A stretch of DNA of 64,000 nucleotides from Yuukianura sp. NJ FZ-2021 (lineage: Eukaryota), in contig CM102287.1 of the NCBI GenBank assembly GCA_046563655.1, positions 6,510,001 through 6,574,000 of the forward strand, given 5' to 3'. Below the pieces are notes generated by a model. That model saw only the letters and a program-made list of their open reading frames with translations, was not told the DNA's origin and did no database searches. Numbering within the stretch: position 1 is the stretch's first letter; each line of letters opens with the position of its first letter. This document shows positions 40,412-50,818 of the stretch, piece by piece. The position numbers and the translations under genes were made by a program.

Positions 40412-42434
40412 ATGGCTCGAACAAAACAAACTGCCCGGAAATCTACTGGTGGAAAAACTCCAAAGAGGATTGCAGTGCCAACCCGCGTGAACCCGGTTTC
40501 AAAGGCTAAGGTAAAACGTTACATAATATTGGAATTTTGTTGTGCAATTTGTCAATGTTAACAACTTTTCAGATTGGGGGTGTAAAGAGGCCCCACCGAT
40601 TCAAACCTGGGACAGTTGCGCTTCGAAAATGCATTTCGGAATGTTACGAAGATGACAAGATAAGTGACCCGACATACACCTGCACAACTAAAGGTGAACC
40701 GACAACTTCAGCCATTAATTTGACAAAGCGAGATCCATTCCTCCGCTTTGCTTCAACTTTGAAATTCTCGACGGAACCAACAGTCGAAGAACAAGTCGCT
40801 GTTTATCAGCAGTTCGCTGGTTTTTGCCAAGGTGTCGTCGGACATCCAGTGAAGACAGAGTTCGGATACTGGTACCATAATACAAGTTGTTTATTTGGCC
40901 ATGACAAACTCTTCTTAAATTCCCCACATCTGATTATCTTCTATCTTCGTTTATGCATAGGTATGAGAAGAATATAATTTTGAAGAACTCAAATAGCTCT
41001 AAACATCAAAATGCTGATGGAAATCGGATTTATGATTCCAAATACGCAACAACCCCCTCTGTGGCAACCCGGGATCTTGTGAAAATTCTGAAGCAAGGGT
41101 CCAAGGTTCGCGGGGAATACCCTTTTAAGGGTAAGCTGTGCTGCATTGTTGGAGGACTTGCTCGGAGTGCTGAGCCAGAACAGTTCAAGATGGAGGGCCA
41201 TGCTGTGGCATAGATGGGCGTCCTCACTCAAAAAATCCTCAAAGAGGACGAAATCCTCAAAGAGGACACGATTTTGGATGAGGATTGAGTATAGAGGATT
41301 TGAGGACCGATGGCCGGGAAGAGTATAGAGGATTGAAGTTTTGAGGATGGACTTTGAATGAGGATAGAGGTTTTGAGTATTTAAGGATACAGTATGAAGT
41401 GAGGATAGAGGATTAGAGTAGTTGAGGATTCAAATTTACTTGAGGATTGAGTATTTGAGCACTCCTCAATTTCGCAATTCCTAGCAAATTGAGTCAAATG
41501 AGACATCCCCAGACATCCCGCTAACAACCGCGGTTGTTTCAAAGTTGAGCTGAGCATGAGCTTTGATCCTATTTCTTCTCTTCACTATTATTCTTTTGTA
41601 TCATCAGCTGCCACTGCCAATAGTATAGTACGAAGTGGTGTGTATCTAATTTAAATTAGTTAGTCAACAACATTCGTCGAACTTAAAACAGGCAACACTC
41701 GAGTATGGTCCTGTCGTGATTAATGACGAGTAAGTACAAGAAATCTTATCTTCGTCATCTGCAAAAGTTATCAACCGTCTACGTTACAAGAAAGTTACTG
41801 GTGGTGTTCCTGGCGCTGTTAGGTTAGGTTAATTAAATTGAATATTAGTCTGAAATAAAATTGACTTGGTGAACCAAACTTTATATATAGTTATTTTCAC
41901 TGATTTGAGGATAGAGGTTTAAGGATTTGAGAACATTATTGGGATTGAGGATAGAGGATTTGAGGTTTTAAGGATTGGGATACCAATGAGGATGAGGTTT
42001 TGAAGATTTGAGGACTAGAAACCGAGTGAGGATAGAGGAGAAGAGTACTTGAGGATCGGGAATCGATTGAGGATAGAGGATTTGAGGACGTCCTCTTTGA
42101 GGATGCCCATCTATGTGCTGTGGTTATGGTGCTAGAAGTTGATGTCAGCGGAAATCTACAACTGACGCAAATCGACCCACAGCAACTCAAATTTGCCACT
42201 GTCAGAACTAAGGTGATTGAAGTGGCGAAGTATCTGAATGTCAAGAAAATCGTCTTAGTTCCAGGCAATTGCGCGGAAACATCTACTGAATGTCTCCTTG
42301 CGTGCTACAAATATATTGCTAGGATCTTGGACGGAAGGTTTGTTATCAACCAGAGTGATTTGTTCCGATGCTGGAACGTCAGAAACGCTGCCTTTGACAT
42401 GGACTCTCTCGCCGTAAAAGTCGGGTTGATGTAA
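40412..42434 (+). CDS. Histone H3 N-terminal tail fused to a putative cysteine-peptidase domain (~318 aa reconstructed); interrupted by a nested insertion in this copy
   Basis: Exons 40412-40510, 40573-40871 and 40961-41208+42124-42434 total 957 nt. The N-terminus is MARTKQTARKSTGGKTPK...GGVKRPHRFKPGTVALR with no histone fold after it. After removing the insertion the C-terminus reads GHAVVMVL...QIDPQQ...GNCAETSTECLLAC. Confidence 0.8.
41209..42115. mobile_element. Nested non-autonomous hAT-type element (907 bp) with GAGGAT subterminal repeats
   Basis: TIRs CATAGATGGGC(G/A)TCCTCA; 8-bp TSD TGCTGTGG (41201-41208, 42116-42123). Confidence 0.92.
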
Positions 42435-42754
42435 GTGTGGTTTAAGTGTTATGCTACGAATTATAATTACTCGAACTAAATTTCCTAAATTAATATTTTC
42501 CAATTTCTTAGATTTACAATTCATTGTCATAAAAGTTTATTTTCATACACTCTAGGGTAAGTGCATAATTAGTAGTTACACTGATACGTTACACTGATTG
42601 GACATACGTAGTCCTAGCATGGCAGAGCTGTCAGAATTGACAATTATGAAAAAACGAAAGTTCAGATTTAGATGGCCTTTTATGTAGTTGCCGGTGACGT
42701 ATTACCTGAACTAACAACCAAGTTCCAACTTCCCCACATGTCACGTTTAATTTC

Positions 42755-44572
42755 CTAAACCGATAAAGCTAACTCAACGCCATTTGCTTTACAACCTCGG
42801 TAGAGGAACTGGTATGCTTCTAGTAGATTTGCAATGTTCAATGGCATCAGGTTTCTTTTCCATAGCATTTCATATATTTTATCCGTAATGTCGTCTTCAA
42901 CAAACTTCATTGGTTCTGAATAACACAGCTCTGTAGCCACATACTGCATTCTTGCGTCCTCCGGAGCACTTCCACATGCCTCAAATCCTTCAAATTTAAA
43001 ATAGAGTAGGTAACCAGATGAATTGGGGTACTAAGTGTCCTAATACTTACCAAATTGCTCTGGGAAATCGTACATGAAGTTAGGTATACCACATGGGCGA
43101 TTAATTTTCTGCATTCGAATTCTGTGCGTATTCCACCATTGTCGGAATGCTTCGAGCTCTTTCTGCAAAACTGGAATCATAAGTATGGCGAGCAGAGTTC
43201 TAAAAATGAAGCCAAAACAAAATCAATCAGTTTTGATTGGCATGCAATTCTAGAATAAACTCAATCGTTCAAGCATAGATCCTAAAATTGCCTACATAAG
43301 CGATGATACCCAGTAACTAGCAAATGTAATTGGCTTACCTTGATGTCTCATCTTTATCGTTGTAAATTCCGGTGCCTTCAAGTTGCTGTAACAAAGCCCT
43401 AAAAAAGTTACCATTCCGTTCTCTGTAATCTCGCCACCACCGTTCTATGACCTAAAGAACATTGATGTATTTTAAATCCAAAGTCATTACTGACACAATC
43501 GCAGATCTTACTTGATTTGTAGTGGAGGACCCATAAATGTGCGACATACCATCGGTAGATTGGTTCAGAAAGTTGTGAATTAAACTGAGAGTTGTATTTT
43601 CATTTCCTCGATCAGAACGCACAAACTTCGGCACAACTGCAAGTCAAGTTTGGTTGTTAGTATTGAAGTTGTATTATTTAGCTGGTTTAATTTGAAATAC
43701 TAACTAACCTTGGAGTTCCTTGACAGCTTCGTAATAAAGCCGAGCCGGTAAAAGAGGGGATGAATTTGAAGGCCACGCCCGCAGCCAAATAATCTTTCGA
43801 GAAAATGAGTCAATACACGCGTGAATTCCCAAAGGAAATTCATTTTTGTATAACCCCATCAGTTTGTCATGTCCATCAACACTCCACATCCAATTCGGAC
43901 CCTTGACAAATCAGACAACTTAGATGATACTTTCTGCAATACTTACGCAAAGAGAATTTAATTACCTTTGAGTAAAACTCCCGAGGATGGAATCGCTTAC
44001 GTTTCCCAATAACTTTCCTGTCCTCCAGGTATTGGGGCGCCAGGATATTCATTCCCAAATATACATCCTGCCTGAACGCACAACTTCATGAAACAAAAAG
44101 TTTAAGTACATTCAAAAGATTACCTTTTAACAAGGAGCCCGTACTTCATCCTGATCCGCTTGTGTAAAGAGCGATACCCAAGCAATTTTCCAGGTCCAGT
44201 TAATTCCTCCTGATCCAGAACATAGTATTAATACACACACCAGAATATCCCAACATAACATCAGACAGCTTACCTTCATTACTTGAATCAAAACATTAGG
44301 ATCAACCGATGAGCTGTTCTTCATTAATTCAAAATACTTAAGTCGCCGCTTTAAAGTTCTCAAGCTACAACACGAAAAATTTCGACAAAAGTAAATTCAT
44401 AGTAGCCACACAGCAAAACCTCCCTACAAATGTAACGCAATTGTCCTGCTTACCTCCATGGATATTCCCCAAATTCCTTTGTCACTGTTAACAAGATTTC
44501 CTTATGTTGATATCCATCCCTCACACATTCCACTAATCGGGTTCTTAACTGGTCATCCTGTTGCCACTCCAT
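42755..44572 (-). CDS. IS3EU-like DDE transposase/integrase, 9 exons, apparently intact
   Basis: MEWQQDDQLR...PWSLRTLKRRL (HTH-like)...GYRSLH...GPNWMWSVDGHDKL...IHACIDSFSRKIIWL...PKFVRSDRGNEN...IYGSSTTNQ|VIERWWRD...WNTHRIR; all junctions are GT-AG and in frame. Confidence 0.92.
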
Positions 44573-44662
44573 ACTAATTACTAAACCCCTAAACAATTTA
44601 CAATAGGACTTATCTTATTAATATAACAAAGTCCAGCGAATAGCGATTTTCGTGGTACTTTT

Positions 44663-45176
44663 CACATTCATAAACAAAGAAGTCACATGATGTGAAAGAA
44701 CCGCACTTTTTGAACTCGGAGCCCAGAAGGGCCAAATGCATTTTGATTTTCAAATTGAATTTGTATTAGGAGCCCAGAAGGGCCAAGTGCATTTTCATTT
44801 TCAATTTGTTTTTAAAATGCAATTGAAAATGCTTTTTAAATTGAAATGCATTTGAAAATGCTTTTTAAATTGAAATGCATTTGAAAATGCTTTTGAAAAT
44901 GAAATGCATTTGAAAATGCTTTTGAAAACGAAATGCAATTGAAAATGCATTTGAAAATGCTTTTGAAAACGAAATGCAATTGAAAATGCATTTGAAAATG
45001 CTTTTGAAAACGAAATGCAATTGAAAATGCATTTGAAAATGCTTTTGAAAACGAAATGCAATTGAAAATGCATTTGAAAATGCTTTTGAAAACGAAATGC
45101 AATTGAAAATGCATTTGAAAATGCTTTTTGAATTACAAAATGAGAAAAACAGCATTGGCACTCTGGGGCCACCATA
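44663..45176 (-). repeat. Right TIR of the IS3EU-like element
   Basis: Reverse complement of the left TIR with a different number of internal repeat units. Confidence 0.92.
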
Positions 45177-45687
45177 CCTAACCTATAACACTAAAAAATA
45201 AGTTGTTCCTTAACTTTGGGTTAGCTATATCAAAGTCTCAAACTCAATTTGCAGTTTTGCTGTACAAACCTAAACAATGAAAATGACGAAATATAAGAAT
45301 GAGTCATACACAGCAATTACAAATACAATGTCACCTTGTACCCGTGGCCTTATTAAAATCGTCGTTGCGTATTGGAATTTTACATCTCCTTTAAACAATG
45401 GGTTATCACTTTATTTCCACATAAAACGTAAAAGAAGCACAATTTTTATTTTAATAAGGCAGTGAACACTGTTAGAATTTATTATTGGCACTTTTGTCAG
45501 TCTTTACTATTATGCTAAGTTAGCATTGCTAAAGTTATTATAGTGTCATTTAGTAAACACTTAATTCTATTGAAAAAAATGTTAATAAAAATTTACCGCT
45601 ACCTTAATTTGTTTGATTCCTACCTTAAATGCTGTTATAAATGTTTAAGTTAAAAATTAGTTTACTGAAATATTGCATCGGTTTTGT

Positions 45688-47195
45688 TTAAACGGGAGTG
45701 ATTTCAGCAGTTTCTGTTCTGTCAATTGACGTGTAATGAACACCGGAAGAAGCAGCATGTATAAGTGGACTCACTTTTCGCAATACAGCGTACCTACAAG
45801 CATACCCAATCGCTGCAACAGCAAACACTAAAAGAATGACGAGTGTCCATACGACACCGTTAGCTACATTTGCGGCCGTTGTAGAGATAACTAAGGGGTC
45901 ACAACTGGTCACTTCGACTTTACGAAGGTACATGTGCGTATTGTTGGCAGGAGATCCGGATTCACAAATCAAATTTTCATTGTCTCTGATTCTATCGGGA
46001 TTGTCAATTAGTTCAGCTCGAAGCCAAGAAATGAAAGACTTGAGGTTGCAGTCACACCGAAACGGATTCGCCAGCAGTTCTAGGCGGATGTCTTCATTTT
46101 TTCCGTTTTTCAATTTGAGCAGTTTCCAGATATTGGATTTCGGAGTTATGGTTTTGATTTTGTTTTGGCGGAGATCAATTACATCCAAATTGGGAAGACA
46201 ACTTGTGTTCAACATTAGATCATCCGTCAAGTAGTTTTGCGGAATGTATAATTGTCGAAGGGAAGGCAAACTACAAAAGGCTGAAGGATCGGGTATGATA
46301 GTGATCTCATTTAAACCGAGATGAATTTTCTCCAGTTTTGTCAAATTGGACTCTCGGAAAATTTCGGACAAATCTTTGAACGACCTAATCACAAAAAAGG
46401 AACATAAATGGTTACTTCTTATAATTTGTGAAACCATTTAAATAACATTAAATTCAAATAGCTACACTTTTTCTTACCAAACTTCATCATCGAACGTATT
46501 CGTCAAAAACAGCTCTTTCAGTGAGTAAAAATTAGAGAACAGGCGAGGGTGCTTATGAAGGCTGGAATTTGAAATGCTGTTGTGTGCTAATGATAAAATT
46601 TCTACAGATTCCACATGGTGGAACGCTTTTCCGTCAATTTCAGTAATTTGATTGTTGGACATGTCAATTATTCGCAAATTTGGAGTACGACTTTCCTTTC
46701 CAAAAATATTGCTTCGGAGAAACGGTAGTTGATTTCCCGTGAATATTAGTACCTTGAAATAAGAAAAAAACTGAAGTAAATATTGCGTTTTTGAAAAATT
46801 TTAAAAACATTCCTTTACTTCAGTTGAAAAAACCTTACTTCGGTTTGAACCGGCAAATACTCCAGCATACTGGTGTTTCTAAAGCCACTGGTGTCACAGT
46901 CGACGAAATATTTTTGTTTTCGTGGATTGGGATCATATTTCTTGTCTGTCCGATACTCGCAAGCACATCGGCCACCGAATTGGGGTGGACACCCGCCAGG
47001 AACTGCGGATGCTGAGGCCGAAAACTGTTGATTTCGAAAGTATGATGAGCGCTGATCACTTTTTCTATTATTATCGTCATCACTGTATTTGTTTAGGTTA
47101 TTGTTCCTACTTGGTTTAAAGTCTTCAGCCCTGTTGTAAACTGCGCAAGTTATTACAAGAACAATTAGTCGAAACGAGAAAATTCCTGACGACAT
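45688..47195 (-). CDS. Single-pass leucine-rich-repeat membrane protein (TPBG/5T4-like)
   Basis: Signal peptide, LRRNT (GCPPQFGGRCAC...VDC), LRRs (IDMSNNQI, LSLAHNSI, LGLNEI), LRRCT (NPFRCDC), a TM helix and a short tail with GVHYTSI. Confidence 0.85.
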
Positions 47196-47684
47196 TTCAG
47201 CTCCAAGTTCTTTTCGTTAACTCTGTTTTTGAAATTCTCCTTACCCAAGATATCATATAACAACATGATATCTGCATACTCCTCCGATTTTTTTTTCGAA
47301 AAGAAGAATAATCTTAGGAAAGTTAGAAAGAGGGGTGAATTTTCATCTTCATCTCTGTATACCTGTATCTGGGGTTTGCACTGCAGTTTCCTGGCATTGC
47401 AGTTTTGTTATATGTAGTATTCGAGATCATCCACTTATCCTTCTCTAGTTTCAAAATTTTGAAAAAACAATCTTACTGTCCTTGTCGAAACAGATTTTTT
47501 TTTGCATTGGATGGTGAGTGAAAGCAACGTTTCCAGAGCTAACAACATCATCGGGGGAGGTCTTGTACTAAATTCAAATTGCGACTACACTGCGACGACA
47601 CTTTAACCAATTTAACGAACTAAACATTTAGAAATACGTTCCTAATTCTATAAAAATATGTTTTTTTTTATTATGCATGTAATA

Positions 47685-48284
47685 AAAAGGATAAGGGCCA
47701 AAACCCATTGAAAAGTTGCCTTGGTGCGATTCGAATGAAATTTTTACCAGTTGTTAAGGTCAATGTTGGGATCATTTTTGCAAATTTTCAGCCCCCTAGA
47801 AACGATAGGTCACGGATGGCAGGGGGTCAAAGGTCACCCCACCAACCCATGACGACCCCATGCAAGTAGCATATCGTTGCAAAGCGCTTGACCTCCTGAT
47901 TCGAAAAATGTATATATGTCAATATTTATGACGTATGACAACGAAGTTATGGCGCTAAACGTTAAAAATCGCAAGTACGACCCGTTTCAGAATCTCACCT
48001 ATTTCGGGTTGCGGCGCCATAACTTCGTTGGCATACGTCATAAATATTGACATATATACATTTTCTGAATCAGGAGGTCAAGCGCTTTGCAACGATATGC
48101 TACTTGCATGGGGTCGTCATGGGTTGGTGGGGTGACCTTTGACCCCCTGCCATCCGTGACCTATCGTTTCTAGGGGGCTGAAAATTTGCAAAAATGATCC
48201 CAACATTGACCTTAACAACTGGTAAAAATTTCATTCGAATCGCACCAAGGCAACTTTTCAATGGGTTTTGGCCCTTATCCTTTT
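47685..48284. repeat. 600-bp fold-back: 271-bp near-perfect inverted arms with a 58-bp spacer
   Basis: 47685-47955 is the reverse complement of 48014-48284 with only a few mismatches. Confidence 0.95.
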
Positions 48285-50818
48285 CCATCGTGCAAGGGCT
48301 TCGAATTAAAGCTTAAGGTGCACAGTGGTTTTTGGTAATGTTACAAGAACGCATAAATTCCAATCGTTATAGAACTAATGGTTTACGTGGTAAAGTTACC
48401 GTTGACATAAAATATTTTGTATTCGTGACATTTGGGGCCCAATACGCTTCAAGTTAAATAATTGTTTAGTTTTGTCCGGCTTAAACTCATTTCGACCGGA
48501 CAAAACTCATTTTCTTGAATGAAAACTGGATGCTATCCGGATAAAAGTGGCAATCAGCTGGACAAAAAGCCTTAAAAGGGGGTATGTTCAGGCCCGTCCC
48601 CCGCAGTCGTTTCTATACTTACGCACCCCGTCGCAGCAGTTTAGCTTAAGCATACGTTATAGTTCAAAGGGACACTTTAAACTTTTGCATCCGATTCGGT
48701 GCTTTTCGGTGAATCGCATAAGTTCCAGGGTCCTATGTCTACAATGTATTTCTTGATTTTCTCATCCGTATTGTGCAAGCATCCGTACTCCAAAGCTTAA
48801 AATATCTTAAATCCTAACAGATTACTTCAAAATGAAGCTACCCTGTTAGTAGTACCGCGCAGATTTGACAACATCGTTTTATGCGTGCTAGGCCCTATCT
48901 CAAAAACCATTGTGAGGTGGTGTGTGTGGTCAGAACGCCAACTTAATTTTCCATTATTGTTCCAATTGTTTGTCACCGACGCGTCGTAGACGCCGATATG
49001 CGATGCGATATGGTGGTGAGGTGATGGTTTTTCTCAACCAGATCCTCATTCCTACAAACCGATTAAAGTGCCATCTAGGATGTCCATTGGCTGGTCTAAA
49101 TGCATGTCAGTTTACAAAACAGCTGGGAAGGTGCCGGTACAAACATAAAAGAGAAGAATCACTCCTGAATGTTCATGTTCAGTTCAGTCTTCAAGTCCAC
49201 TTTTCAATTTTTCAAATGGGAAAAAAGGAGCGAGAAAACCAAGAGAAAGTCGCGGAAGTGGATTATGAGGGGAGATTGATCGCTTTCCAATCCTTGATGA
49301 CTCGAATCCCTACATTAGGTTACCCTGTCGTCCTACAGAAGTACCGGATGGTACAAGATGGCCAACGGATAAGTGTTCCTAGATTTTATACACATTTATA
49401 TACAAGCATTTTTTGAATGGAGCAATCTGGCTGAGAGGATGGTGGGTGGTTGCCTATGTTCATAAGAATGACCTTGACCTGAGTACAAATAACCAACAAA
49501 TGTCTTTAAACTGGCATGTGACTAATCGTAAGCAATGACACTGCTTTGAAAATGATTTGCAAATTTAGTGATTAAGTTTTCTAGTTTAGAGCCTGCAGCC
49601 AAAGTATGGTGAATGCACCGAACATTGGATGATAACGGCACTAAAGCCAAATTGCTGTGCATATGGCATTCCAAATTGCAAGCTTTTCCCGCAGATCTTA
49701 ACTGCATCACGATTATGTTTAAGTTGGAAATAACGACGCACGTTAATAATTACATTACGTATTATGTTGCCATTTAACTTGCGAACAATTGCTCTTAAAA
49801 GGAATCGATCTCCCCTCACAGTGGGTACACTGATACTCAGACAAGACATAAACACAACACAGTCAGTCAGCAGCCCCAGCAGAAAATATGAGAGAAAGAC
49901 AGAATTTCACTTTTTACTAGTGATCGGATTTTAAAATCCTTGATTTTATTTTTTAGATGAGGAACAAACAACTATTATTAACGACAAACGATTTGTAACA
50001 CGAGGTCAGAACATTTACATTTTAACCCGTTCATCAATCAGAAGGGGATACCCCAGACTTAGTCCTGTACACAAGAGACTCTGGTATGAATTTTCAAAAC
50101 AATTTTTTGTAGTGTAACTGGACTGGTTGACTTAAAATAAAAATAAAATAATAGCTTAGATAAAAACGTAACGGGACATCTGATATTTTGTTTCAGCAAA
50201 CAGCGGTGGCACCGAGGAATTCAACTTCTGACTATTGCTTGGGTTCACTACTTCGCTGAGTCAATGCACGATTGAATTGGATTGGGAACGACGGTAGCGG
50301 TAAAACGGTTTCACCTGGGCTAACCTGGTTCAAGATCCAGGCAGGAATTCGGTTAGACACAAAGATTGGGGTTTGGTAGGTCACATGAGAGCTTTAAAAC
50401 TCCCATCAATACGGAAAACGCTACGTGAACGTTACCTATGCTAGTAATATCCAACTGAAATCTTAAGTTTCCTTTTACCGCTTTGAGACTCGTACGATTC
50501 TTACCATTTCATTGACCTCATTTTCGTTTTCTTCTAATGTATCTTTTTATTGCAGGGAGGGAAGAGGGATTCTTCGGAGTTGAATTGCAGACGTCGCATC
50601 AAATTCGTGACTAAAACTATTGTTTTGATTTGCGTTTGCCAATTTAAGAACTTCTGCAGTATGAACGTCACTTCTCCTGGATTTGAACCATGAGTCTCTC
50701 CTCCATTTTGTGTAAGTTATGATAATTCTGTTGTCGCTAACTTCCTAATCTTCTCCGTTGTACTCTACTACTACTGTTGTAATCCTAACCAGTCTAATAA
50801 TCCTAACAGAAAATCCAA

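Larger units (their letters stand above)
37012..45176. mobile_element. IS3EU-like DNA transposon (8,165 bp) carrying transposase, alpha-kinase and H3-tail fusion genes
   Basis: Ends TATGGTGGCCCCAGAGTGCCAATGCTG / CAGCATTGGCACTCTGGGGCCACCATA; 6-bp TSD CCTAAC (37006-37011, 45177-45182); TIRs ~37012-37572 and ~44663-45176; internal IS3-like DDE integrase. TAY..RTA ends and a 6-bp TSD match my recollection of the IS3EU superfamily. Confidence 0.9.

Noticed and set aside
40412..40977. Canonical histone H3 or CenH3 gene
   Set aside because: Similarity ends at GTVALR; no histone-fold motifs (such as LLIRKLPF or RVTI) follow.
41936..42268. 110-aa minus-strand ORF, and 41146-41328 on plus
   Set aside because: They overlap the GAGGAT repeats of the nested hAT element and are low-complexity artefacts.
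42755..44572. LTR-retrotransposon or Polinton integrase
   Set aside because: No LTRs, RT, polB or capsid genes; the gene has 8 introns and lies within TAT..ATA TIRs.
48922..49416. 164-aa ORF
   Set aside because: GTG start, no recognisable domain and no supporting exon structure.
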